The notes under the pieces were generated by a model. That model saw only the letters and a list, made by a program, of their open reading frames with translations, did no database searches and was not told where the DNA came from. The position numbers and the translations under genes were made by a program. This document shows, one piece after another, positions 54,590 through 63,743 of a DNA stretch of 64,000 nt. Origin of the DNA: an uncultured Actinomycetota bacterium (GTDB lineage: Bacteria; Actinomycetota; Actinomycetes; JAHEKZ01); contig CAVQYR010000001.1 of the NCBI GenBank assembly GCA_963718235.1, positions 1,952,001 to 2,016,000 of the forward strand, given 5' to 3'. Within the stretch, counting starts at the first letter, position 1. Each line of letters opens with the position of its first letter.

Positions 54590-55188
54590 CCGACCTCCCG
54601 CAGCGCGGCTTCGGCGGCCTCGGCCGCCTGCCGGACGTCGGACTCGGCACCGGCGAGGTACACCCGGCCCGTCGCTCCGATCATCCGATAGTCGACCACC
54701 TTGATCCGAGCGGCCTTCTCGGCTTCGTTGGTCGCGAGAATGGCGTACGACGCCGGCTGCATCTCCAGGACGAACAGCGACTCGCCGGGGAGGGCCATCG
54801 AGCCCATCTTGTTGCGGTTGATCAAGAACGCGTGCTGGTTGTCCAGCATGGTGATGATCTTCGCCGCCAGCACCTGTGGCTTGGTCGCGTCACTCTCCCG
54901 GGCCCCGAGCTCGTCGAGGACGGCGGACGCTGCGCTACGCACCTGAGCGGTGGGCCCGTGGATCTCGAGGTAGCCGAACTGTCGTTCGACGACGAGGATC
55001 CCGGCCGACACCTCAGCGTGCTTGAGCGCGACGTCGGTGAGCGGCTCGATGTCCAGCCCTGGAGCGATCTCGATCACCTGGGCCGCCATGTTGCTGCGCG
55101 GGAGGCTGCCCTTGATCCAGGTGCCGAGGTAGCTCATGGTCTGAGGCTGCATCTGGTCGATGAAGATGAACGAGCGAAGGTCTGCCAC
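54586..55188 (-). CDS. Second BMC-T shell protein
   Basis: LRSFIFIDQMQPQ, IEIAPG, VERQFGYLEIH, ATNEAEK, IGATGRV. Confidence 0.9.
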   Translation of the reverse strand: MADLRSFIFIDQMQPQTMSYLGTWIKGSLPRSNMAAQVIEIAPGLDIEPLTDVALKHAEVSAGILVVERQFGYLEIHGPTAQVRSAASAVLDELGARESDATKPQVLAAKIITMLDNQHAFLINRNKMGSMALPGESLFVLEMQPASYAILATNEAEKAARIKVVDYRMIGATGRVYLAGAESDVRQAAEAAEAALREVG

Positions 55189-55189
55189 G

Positions 55190-56764
55190 TCAGCCCCTGA
55201 TGATCTGGTTGAGCTCTTCGACGATCATGCGTCGGATCTCCTCACGGACGTCAGCGGCTTCGATGGTCAGGTCGGCACCCTGCCGGTGCGCAGCGGCTTC
55301 CGTCGCTGGTGAGGCAGCGTCGAGGTTCGACGCCGTCGGGTAGGGCGGCACGTGTCCTTGCGGATGAACCCACGGCACCATCCCCGAGAACTCGCCGAAC
55401 GGCTCGTCGACGTCGGAGTTGTAGGCGATCCGCGTCCAGTTCACCAGGTGCTTGGGCTGCAGGTTCTCACCCACCGAGGATCGTCCGGCGAATCCGGTCC
55501 CGATGGTCATCGACGGCGGCAGGTTGGTCTCGATCCCCGAGCTACCGAGGCTGTTGCCCACGTTGACCGACACGCGCAGCACCGGCACGGCTGCGCTGTA
55601 GCTCATCACCGTGCGAGCGTCCTTGCTGTGAATGGCGGCCGAGTGGCCAGCGCCGGTGATCCGGAGCACCGCGCGTGCCACATCGATCCCGCGGTCCACG
55701 TTCGGCACGGTCACCAGGCCGAGCACGGGACACAGCTTCTCGTGCGCCAGCAGCTCCTCTGGCACCACGAGGTCGAACGGGGCCAGCAGCACCTTGGTGT
55801 TGGCGTGCACCCTGATCCCCGCCTGGTCGGCGATCCAGGCTGCGCTCTTGCCCACCATGCGGGTGTCGAAGTGACCGGCAGGGAAGAGCAGGGCCCGGAT
55901 GCGGTCCCGCTCGTCGTCCGCCAACAGGTAGGCGCCCTCCCGCTCCATGAGCTTGGTGAGCCGTTCGCGAACCGACTCCTCGACGATGAGGACACTCTCG
56001 TTGGTGCACAGGATCGAGTGGTCGAAGCTCTTGCTCTCGATGATCCGGCGGGCCGCCTTCGCCAGATCTGCCGAGGCATCGACGAGCACGGGGACGTTGC
56101 CCGGCCCCACCCCGATCGCCGGGTTCCCCGACCGGTAGGCGGCCCGGACGACGGGAGATCCCCCGGTCGCCACGATGACGTCGGTCCGCTCGTCGGTCAT
56201 GAGGGCGTTGATCAGGGGGACCGACGGCTCCTCGACAACCTGCACGATCCCGTCCGGGGCGCCGGCAGCGACCGCGGCGTCCGCCATCGTCCGCGCTGCA
56301 TCGGCACAGACCACGCGAGCGAACGGGTGCGGACTGATCACGATGGCGTTCCGGGTCATCAGCGCCAGCAGCGTCTTGAAGAAGACACTGGCCACCGGGT
56401 TCGTGGACGGCGTGAGCGCGAGGACGACACCGGCCGGCCTGGGTACCTCGACGATCTTCGCGGCGTGGTCGATCCGGGGGGTCACGTAGTCGTGGTCGCG
56501 GTACGTCTGGACCAGGCCCCGCGAGCAGGACATGTTCTTCAGCAACTTGTGCTCGGCGACGCCGAAGCCGGTCTCGGCCACCGCGCGCTCGGCGAACTCC
56601 TCAGCCCGCGCCGCCCCGGCCTCGGCCGCGGCTTGAACGACACGGTCGACGGTGGCCTTGTCGTAGCGGGCGTATGCCTGCGCTGCCCAGTCGGCGCGCT
56701 CGACCATGGCACGACCCCGGGGCACCCCGGCGGGTTCCATCACCAGCTCTGCGGTCTCGCTCAC
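55190..56764 (-). CDS. Acylating aldehyde dehydrogenase (EutE/PduP-like) with C-terminal encapsulation peptide
   Basis: ETGFG, PSTNP, ATGG, GVGPGN, SKSFDHSILCTNE, EKLCPVL, GHSAAIHS; tail DVREEIRRMIVEELNQII after a Pro/Ala linker. Confidence 0.9.
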   Translation of the reverse strand: MSETAELVMEPAGVPRGRAMVERADWAAQAYARYDKATVDRVVQAAAEAGAARAEEFAERAVAETGFGVAEHKLLKNMSCSRGLVQTYRDHDYVTPRIDHAAKIVEVPRPAGVVLALTPSTNPVASVFFKTLLALMTRNAIVISPHPFARVVCADAARTMADAAVAAGAPDGIVQVVEEPSVPLINALMTDERTDVIVATGGSPVVRAAYRSGNPAIGVGPGNVPVLVDASADLAKAARRIIESKSFDHSILCTNESVLIVEESVRERLTKLMEREGAYLLADDERDRIRALLFPAGHFDTRMVGKSAAWIADQAGIRVHANTKVLLAPFDLVVPEELLAHEKLCPVLGLVTVPNVDRGIDVARAVLRITGAGHSAAIHSKDARTVMSYSAAVPVLRVSVNVGNSLGSSGIETNLPPSMTIGTGFAGRSSVGENLQPKHLVNWTRIAYNSDVDEPFGEFSGMVPWVHPQGHVPPYPTASNLDAASPATEAAAHRQGADLTIEAADVREEIRRMIVEELNQIIRG

Positions 56765-58051
56765 GACGCCCTCCGACCGAGGTGGGCGACCTCGGCCCGG
56801 GCTTTGGCTATCGCCACCTCGGTCCGGTCGAGCAGCTCCTCCACGATCTCCGGCTTGAGCAGGATCCCGGGCTTGTACTGCAGCACCCGGGGGTCGAGTG
56901 TGGAGAAGATCGCCCACACGCCGTTCTCGTACAGGTTCTTCATGACGTACTTGGCGCCCTGGGGGTGGTCGAACTCAAGCCCCATTACGACGCCGTTCTG
57001 CCGGATGCCGACGAACCAGTCCGGGTACGTCGCCTGGATCTCACGCAAGCCTCGTCCGATCCGGTCGGCGATGTAGTGCACCATCGAGCGGGTCTCGGGC
57101 CGGCTGGAGATCTCCAGGGCCTTCAACGCGGCGATGCACCCCAGCTCGGCCCCGCCGAACGTGGAGATGTGGCCGAAGCCGTCCTCCTCCAGCCACCCGG
57201 CGGCGGCGTCGGTGACCAGGACGGCTGCGATCGGGTACATACCCCCGCTGATGCCCTTGCCGGTGACCAGGATGTCCGGGGTGATGCCGTGCTTGGTGAT
57301 GCCCCACAGCTCACCGGTCCGCATCAGGCCGGTCTGCACCTCGTCGGCGATGTAGAGGGAGCCGTACCTCTCACACATCCCTTTGACGGCCTCGAGGTAG
57401 CCCGGGTTCAGGCAGGGGGAAACCGTAGGTGGCCGGGATCGTCTCCATGATGACGGCCGCCACGTCACGCCCACGCAGCGCGGCGTCCATGGCGTCGAGG
57501 TCGTTGAACGGGACGTGCGGGAACTCCTCCGGCTGGTCGGACAGGAACAGCTTGGAGAACCGGTCGTCACCGGTGGCCACGGCCAGGCCGGTGTGTCCGT
57601 GGTACGCCTTGACGATGGACACGATCTTGCGTCGCTGTGTGGCATGGCGAGCGGTCTTGAGCGCGATGTCGATCGCCTCACCACCGCCACTGCCGTAGAC
57701 GACCTTGGCCAGACCCTCAGGGGCTGAGGTGATCAACGCCTCGGCGAGCGCCGTGCGCGCGAGCGAAGGGAAGTGGTGGTTGCCGATGTCGAAGCGCTGC
57801 ATGGCCACGGTGACGGCCTGAACGATCTCGCTGTTGCGGTGGCCGAGGCTGTAGGTGCCGCCGTTGAGGTGCACGTCGATCAACCGCTGGCCGGACATGT
57901 CGTAGATGAAGTACTCCTCGCGCCGGTCGATGACCAGCGGTACCCCTGAGTCGATCCAGAACTGGGTCTTGCCGGGGTTCCAGAACTCCTTCGACTTCGC
58001 CAGGACGTCGTCCTTGGAGTCGAAGCTGAAGAACCCGTAGTCGAAGGCCAT
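56761..58051 (-). CDS. Class III PLP aminotransferase-fold enzyme (probable aminopropanol-phosphate phospho-lyase); one extra base at ~57401-57406
   Basis: LGH, SGGGEAID.ALK, AYHG in the 5' frame; DEVQTG, GKGISGG, HISTFGG in the 3' frame; removing one base from GAACCCGGGCTAC gives PEPGYLEAVK. Confidence 0.85.
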
Positions 58052-58107
58052 GACCACCGTCCGTCGCCCGGCGTCCCTTCGGTCGAGCGGCCCGTGCCCG
58101 AAGTCGC

Positions 58108-58162
58108 CGTGTAGACCAAATACGAATTGGTACAGACCCAATTGTTACCTGATCAGACCAAA
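58108..58162. promoter_or_regulatory. Candidate GntR operator array in the divergent BMC/permease promoter
   Basis: AGACC at 58113, 58134 and 58155 (21-bp period) in an AT-rich patch; central site TTGGTACAGACCCAA is quasi-palindromic. Confidence 0.6.
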
Positions 58163-58395
58163 ACGGTCAATAGGTCCCGCAAGAGCGAGCCGAAACCGGT
58201 CGAAGACTCGCCCGCGAACCCCTCGAGAAACGCTGGACACTGGGCCGAACGAGTGCCACCATCGGCCCACCCTGTGGCGTAGGTCACAAGGGACGCGGTC
58301 CAGGTTGGCGCCGATCGGGGCGATTCGGTCCGGTCGGTGAGCCACCTTGGCTCGCGCAGGTGTCCAGTAGATCGGCCACGACGAAGGGCGAACTC

Positions 58396-59987
58396 GTGAC
58401 AGCACCCCAGAACCTGACGGGCGACCAGTTCGAACACGCGCCCGTCCCCCGCGCAGAGAGCTCCAACAAGCTCAAGGTCGGCGCCATCGGACTGTTCGGC
58501 GTCTTGTTCATGGCGGTGGCCAACGCGGCCCCGATCACGGCCATGACCGGCAACGTGCCGATCGCGGTCGCCTTCGGCAACGGCATCGGCGCCCCCGCCG
58601 GCTTCCTCGTCGCCACGATCGTGCTGACCCTCTTCACGGTCGGCTTCATCGTCGATGGCTCGGTACATCACCACCGCAGGTGCCTTCTACGGCTTCATCT
58701 CGCACGGGCTCGGCCAGATCTGGGGTATGGCCGCCGGGGCGCTGGCCACCATGGCCTACGTCGTGTTCGAGGGCTCCCTGATCGGGATCTTCTCCTACTT
58801 CGGCAACAGCGTGCTCAACGACTGGTTCGGCTGGAACATCAACTGGCTGATCATCGCCATCATCGGCATCGTGGTCGATCGCGATCTTCGGCTACTACGA
58901 CATCAACATCGCCGCCGCCGTGCTCGGCGTTCTTCCTGTCTGCGAGGTGCTCCTCCTCGGAGCGATCGCCTTCGGGATCTTGTTCCAGGGCGGCGGACCC
59001 GACGGCATCATCACCGAGGCGGTCAACCCGGCAAACGCCTTCAAGAACGGCCCTGAAGGGGGCGGGCTTCGGCATCGAGGGCCTTGCTGCCGGCAGCGCC
59101 GCGATCGGCGTCTTCTTCGCCTTCTGGTCGTGGGTGGGCTATCGAGACGACCGCGGTGTACGGCGAGGAGTCGCGGAACCCGAAGAAGATCGTGCCGATG
59201 GCCACGCTCATCGCGGTGGTCGGCCTCGGCCTGTTCTACACCTTCGTCTCATGGATGGTCATCTCCGGGAACGGCGTCGAGCAGTCGTTCAAGCTTGGCC
59301 CTCACCGACAGCATCGGGATGTTCACCGGGCAGGCCGACGACGTGCTGGGCAGCTGGTCGGTCTACGTCTACCAGTTCCTCATCGTGATGGGTTCCTTCG
59401 CGTGTGCGCTTGCCTTCCACAACGCGGCATCTCGCGTACATCTACGCAGTCGGCCGCGAGCTTCCTGCCACCAAGAACACCCTGGGCGCGACGCATGGAG
59501 TTCACCACTCGCCCCACATCGCGTCGGCGGTGCAGGCGGTGATCACCCTGCTGTTCACCTCGGCTTCTACTTCCTGACCGTCGGGGGCGACGACCCAGTT
59601 CAAGGCGCGTACATCTACCAGTACGGCCTGCTCGCAGTGCTCGGGACGTTCGCGATCTTGATCGTGCAGGCCATCTGTTCGCTCGCCGTCATCTGGTACT
59701 TCCATGTGAAGAAGGTGCACCCCGGCAACATCGTCACTACGGGGATCATCCCGGCACTCGGCGGGCTCGGCATGGCTCTACGTCTGCTACTTGCTGATCA
59801 GAACACGGGAGTTCGCCGGCGGCGGTGCGGCGGGCTCGCCGTTCTTCACCTGCATCTGGTATCACCGTGGTGGGTACTTTCCTCCTCGGCCTGTTCGGGG
59901 CTTTGTACCTGCGCAGCTCCAGCCCGACGTTTCCAGTCGATCGGCCGCACCGTGCTCGAAGAGCGCGCGAACGCGCCTGTCCCCTGA
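58396..59987 (+). pseudogene. APC-family amino acid/amine permease broken by many frameshifts (pseudogene or sequencing error)
   Basis: VANAAPITAM, ITTAGAFY, FFAFWSWVG, AVYGEESRNPK, SFACALAFHN, HHSPHIAS pieces lie in alternating frames. Confidence 0.75.
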
Positions 59988-60065
59988 CCTGACCGGATGC
60001 GAGGTGCGGGAAGCTCTCCGCACCCGCTCTGGCGTCCGGACGCGAACTCGATGGAGTTCCAGCCG

Positions 60066-61091
60066 ATGATCCGTCCAGTTCGGCATGATCGACCGGACGC
60101 CGAGCCGAGCGGCCCGACCTACACCTTCGGCGGGGCGGCGCCGGTGGCCACCATCCGTCCGGGCACGATCCTGTCGACATCGACCCTGGACTGCTTCGCC
60201 GGCAGGGTCCGCACGACGTCCGACCTGTCGTCGCAGGTGTGCGACCCGCGCTACCTGAACCCGCAGACCGGGCCCTTCTACGTCGAGGGCGCCGAGCCGG
60301 GAGACACCCTGGCGGTTCACTTCGTCAGCATCGAGCCCCATGAGGACTGGGGCGTGAGCACGACGGTCCCACTCTTCGGAGCCCTCACCAGCACACCGAC
60401 CACGGCAACCCTGCAGCCCGCGCTGCCCGAGCTGACCTGGATCTACGAGCTCGACCGGCAGGAGCGCCTGGTCCACTACAGCGCCCTGCGCAGCAGCCAC
60501 ACCGTGGCCCTGCCCATGGACCCGATGCACGGAACGGTGGGAGTCGCACCCGGACTCGGAGAGGTGCGCTCGTCACTGGCCCCGGGCGACTGGGGCGGGA
60601 ACATGGACACCCCGGAGATGCGCGTCGGGACGACGTGCTACCTCGGGGTGAACGTCGAAGGAGCCCTGTTCAGCCTGGGTGACGGCCATGCCCGACAGGG
60701 CGAGGGGGAACCCTGCGGGGTCGCGGTCGAGTGCGCCATGGACTCCGTGCTCCTCGTCGAACTCATCAAGGGAGTCCCCACACCGTGGCCGCGGCTCGAG
60801 AACGACACCTTCGTCATGACCACCGGGTCGACCAAGCCGCTCGAGGACGCCTTCCGGGTGGCCCACGTGCAGATGGTGCGGTGGGTCGCCGAGCTGACCG
60901 GGCTGGACGAGATGGATGCCTACCAGCTCGTGGCACAGGCCGCACTGACGCCGGTGGCCAACGTCTGCGACACCGTGTACACCATGGTCTGCAAGGTCGC
61001 CAAGGACTACCTGCCCGGCGCCCAGCCGATGCAGGGCACGCACACCCGGATGCGAGCAGTCGCCGACACCTGGCGTGAGGCGCAACGATGA
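60066..61091 (+). CDS. Acetamidase/formamidase family protein
   Basis: YTFGG, NPQTGPFYVEGAEPGDTL, GTVGVAP, GGNMD, GDGHARQGEGE.CGVAVE; start uncertain (60051 or 60066). Confidence 0.88.
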   Translation: MIRPVRHDRPDAEPSGPTYTFGGAAPVATIRPGTILSTSTLDCFAGRVRTTSDLSSQVCDPRYLNPQTGPFYVEGAEPGDTLAVHFVSIEPHEDWGVSTTVPLFGALTSTPTTATLQPALPELTWIYELDRQERLVHYSALRSSHTVALPMDPMHGTVGVAPGLGEVRSSLAPGDWGGNMDTPEMRVGTTCYLGVNVEGALFSLGDGHARQGEGEPCGVAVECAMDSVLLVELIKGVPTPWPRLENDTFVMTTGSTKPLEDAFRVAHVQMVRWVAELTGLDEMDAYQLVAQAALTPVANVCDTVYTMVCKVAKDYLPGAQPMQGTHTRMRAVADTWREAQR

Positions 61092-61498
61092 CCTCAGTCG
61101 ACCTGGCCTTCGCCCTGCGCATGTGCCGTGCAGCCGTCGAGCGCGCATCCCACCTCGACGCGCTCGTCTCGGTCGCCGTGGTCGATGCGGGAGGCCACCT
61201 CGTCGCCTTCCAGCGCATGGACGGCGCCGAGATCGCCGGGCCGACGCTGGCCACCGACAAGGCGTACACGGCGGTCGCACACCGGATCGCGACCCATGAG
61301 CTCACCGCGCTCACCGCACCCGGGGGCGCGCTGCAAGGCATGTACTCGAACGGTGGGGGCCGCTACATCGCCTTCGGCGGTGGCCTGCCACTGTGGCGGG
61401 CCGGCGGCGTGGTCGGGGGCGTCGGCGTCAGCGGCGGGACCGCGGCGCAGGACCTCGAGAGCGCGCGGTCCGCGGCCGCACTGTGGGACATTGACTGA
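61088..61498 (+). CDS. GlcG/HbpS-family heme-binding protein (PduO C-terminal-like)
   Basis: VSVAVVDAGGHLVAFQRMDGA, DKAYTA, FGGGLPL, GGVGVSGG..QD. Confidence 0.9.
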   Translation: MTSVDLAFALRMCRAAVERASHLDALVSVAVVDAGGHLVAFQRMDGAEIAGPTLATDKAYTAVAHRIATHELTALTAPGGALQGMYSNGGGRYIAFGGGLPLWRAGGVVGGVGVSGGTAAQDLESARSAAALWDID

Positions 61499-61499
61499 C

Positions 61500-63743
61500 A
61501 TGGGTGGGGCGAGGGAACCGGTCGGACGCATCCGGTTCATGGATGCCCAGAACGTCAACCTCGACGGGTTCGCCGTCGAGAACGCCGATCTCGGCCTGAT
61601 CGCACTGCACTCACCGCACGACCCCGAGCCGAGCCTGGTCGTTCGCGACAACCGGGTCGTCGAGCTGGACGGGGTCGCCGAGGAGGACTTCGACTCCCTC
61701 GACGAGTTCATCGCCCGTCACGGGCTCGACCTGTCCGTGGCTGCCGAGGCGATGGCCCTGACCGACCTCGACGTCGCCCGCCTGCTGGTCGACTCCGCAG
61801 TTCCCCGTACCGAGGTCGTCCGGCTGTCGGCCGGCATGACGCCGGCCAAGCTCACCCGCTGCCTCGCCCTGTTACGTCCGGCGGAGCTGGTCATGGCGAT
61901 GACCAAGATGCGCGCCCGGCGCACGCCCAGCAACCAGGCACACGTGACCAACCGACTCGACGACCCGATGCTCCTGGCGGCCGACGCCGCCACCGCAGCC
62001 GCCTTCGGGTTCCGCGAGGTCGAGACCACCGTGCCGGTGCTCGCCGACGCGCCGTCGAACGCCGTGGCGGTGACGATCGGTGCGGCAGTCGGCTCCCCCG
62101 GGGTGCTCGTGCAGTGCTCGGTCGAGGAGGCCCTCGAGCTCGAGCTCGGCATGCGCGGCTTCGTGTCGTATGCCGAGACCGTGTCGTTGTACGGCACCGA
62201 GCAGGTGTTCACCGATGGTGATGACACTCCGTGGTCCAAGGCCTTTCTGACGTCTGGATACGCCTCGCGGGGCATCAAGATGCGCGTCTCCTCCGGTGCC
62301 GGGTCCGAGGTGCTGATGGGTGGGGCGGAGCGCCGCTCGATGCTCTACCTGGAGGCGCGCTGCGTCGCTCTGGCCCGGGCCATGGGTTCGCAGGGCGTGC
62401 AGAACGGCGGCATCGACGGTGCGAGCGTCGCCGGGGCCGTTCCCCGTGGCGTGCGTGAGCTGATGTGCGAGAACGTCATGGTGATGATGCGCAACCTTGA
62501 GTCCTGTTCCGGCAACGACGCGTTGATGTCGGAGTCCGACGTGCGCCGCACGTCGCGCACGCTGCCGATCTTCCTAGCCGGCTCGGACTTCATCTGCAGC
62601 GGCTTCGGCTCGATCCAGCGCTACGACAACATGTTCGGGCCGAGCCAGTGGAACGCCGAGGACATCGACGACTACCTGGCGATGCAGCGCGACTGGGGCG
62701 TCGACGGTGGGCTACGCACGGCCCAGGCCGAAGATGTCGCGCGGCTGCGGCGCCGCGCAGTCGATGCGGTGCGAGCCGTGTACGGGTGGTTCGGGCTGGC
62801 CGAGTTCGACGACCAGCACGCTGCCCTCGCCGTCGACGCGGCTGGTTCGAAGGACCTCGGCGACACCGACGCCATGAAGGTGCTCGACGCGGCTCGAACG
62901 ATCCAGGAGTCCGGCCTCACGATCCTCGACGTCGTCACGGCGCTGTACGAGACGGGGTTCGAGACCGAAGCCGCACGGGTGCTCGAGATGATGAAGGCCC
63001 GGGTGGCCGGTGACTACCTGCAGTCCGCGGCCATCTTCGACGAAGCGATGAACGTCCTGTCCCTCGTCACCGACCCCAACGACTACGCGGGTCCCGGCAC
63101 CGGCTACACACCCACGGCGGAGCGGCAGGACGAGATCGATGCGATCCGTCAGCAGCGGTCGGTCGAGGACCTCCGGGCCGAGCAGCGCAGCCACGCGAGT
63201 GCCGCACTTCGGCAGGTCGGAGTGGCGGGGCCCGGGGCCGATCCCCGAGAAGTGGTCATCGGTGTCTCGCCCGCGGTGGGACGCGACATCTGGCTGACCC
63301 TCTCCGGACTCTCCGTCGTCGATGCCCTCGCCGAGCTGCTGGCGGGCCTCGAGGAGGAAGGATGCGTCGGCCGCATCATTCGGGTCAACGACACCATCGA
63401 CCTCGGCATGATCGGCCTGACCGCCGCACGGCTGTCCGGGTCGGGGATCGGCATCGGCCTGCAGGGCAAGGGAACGGCGCTGATCCACCGACGCGACCTG
63501 CCCCCCTTGGCGAACCTCGAGCTGTACAGCATCGCGCCTGTGGTCGGAGCAGACCTGTACCGCCTGCTCGGCGTGAACGCGGCCCGCCACGCGAAGGGCG
63601 CCACACCGGAGCCGGCCCGCAACCCCTACACCGACGAGGCGATCGAGGCGCGCTACCACACCAAGGTGGTCTCGCTGGTCGCGATCGAGCGTGCTCACTG
63701 CAGGCCCTCTGCGCCACCTGACGAGCTGGAGTCACCGGTATGA
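61500..63743 (+). CDS. B12-dependent diol/glycerol dehydratase homologue, large (alpha) fused to medium (beta) subunit
   Basis: VNLDGF, KMRARRTPSNQAHVTN, GFREVETT, YAETVSLYGT, DGDDTPWSK, GND, YDNMF, NDYAGPGTGY; then beta motifs GLEEEG, SGSGIGIGLQGKGT, LANLEL. Confidence 0.92.
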   Translation: MGGAREPVGRIRFMDAQNVNLDGFAVENADLGLIALHSPHDPEPSLVVRDNRVVELDGVAEEDFDSLDEFIARHGLDLSVAAEAMALTDLDVARLLVDSAVPRTEVVRLSAGMTPAKLTRCLALLRPAELVMAMTKMRARRTPSNQAHVTNRLDDPMLLAADAATAAAFGFREVETTVPVLADAPSNAVAVTIGAAVGSPGVLVQCSVEEALELELGMRGFVSYAETVSLYGTEQVFTDGDDTPWSKAFLTSGYASRGIKMRVSSGAGSEVLMGGAERRSMLYLEARCVALARAMGSQGVQNGGIDGASVAGAVPRGVRELMCENVMVMMRNLESCSGNDALMSESDVRRTSRTLPIFLAGSDFICSGFGSIQRYDNMFGPSQWNAEDIDDYLAMQRDWGVDGGLRTAQAEDVARLRRRAVDAVRAVYGWFGLAEFDDQHAALAVDAAGSKDLGDTDAMKVLDAARTIQESGLTILDVVTALYETGFETEAARVLEMMKARVAGDYLQSAAIFDEAMNVLSLVTDPNDYAGPGTGYTPTAERQDEIDAIRQQRSVEDLRAEQRSHASAALRQVGVAGPGADPREVVIGVSPAVGRDIWLTLSGLSVVDALAELLAGLEEEGCVGRIIRVNDTIDLGMIGLTAARLSGSGIGIGLQGKGTALIHRRDLPPLANLELYSIAPVVGADLYRLLGVNAARHAKGATPEPARNPYTDEAIEARYHTKVVSLVAIERAHCRPSAPPDELESPV

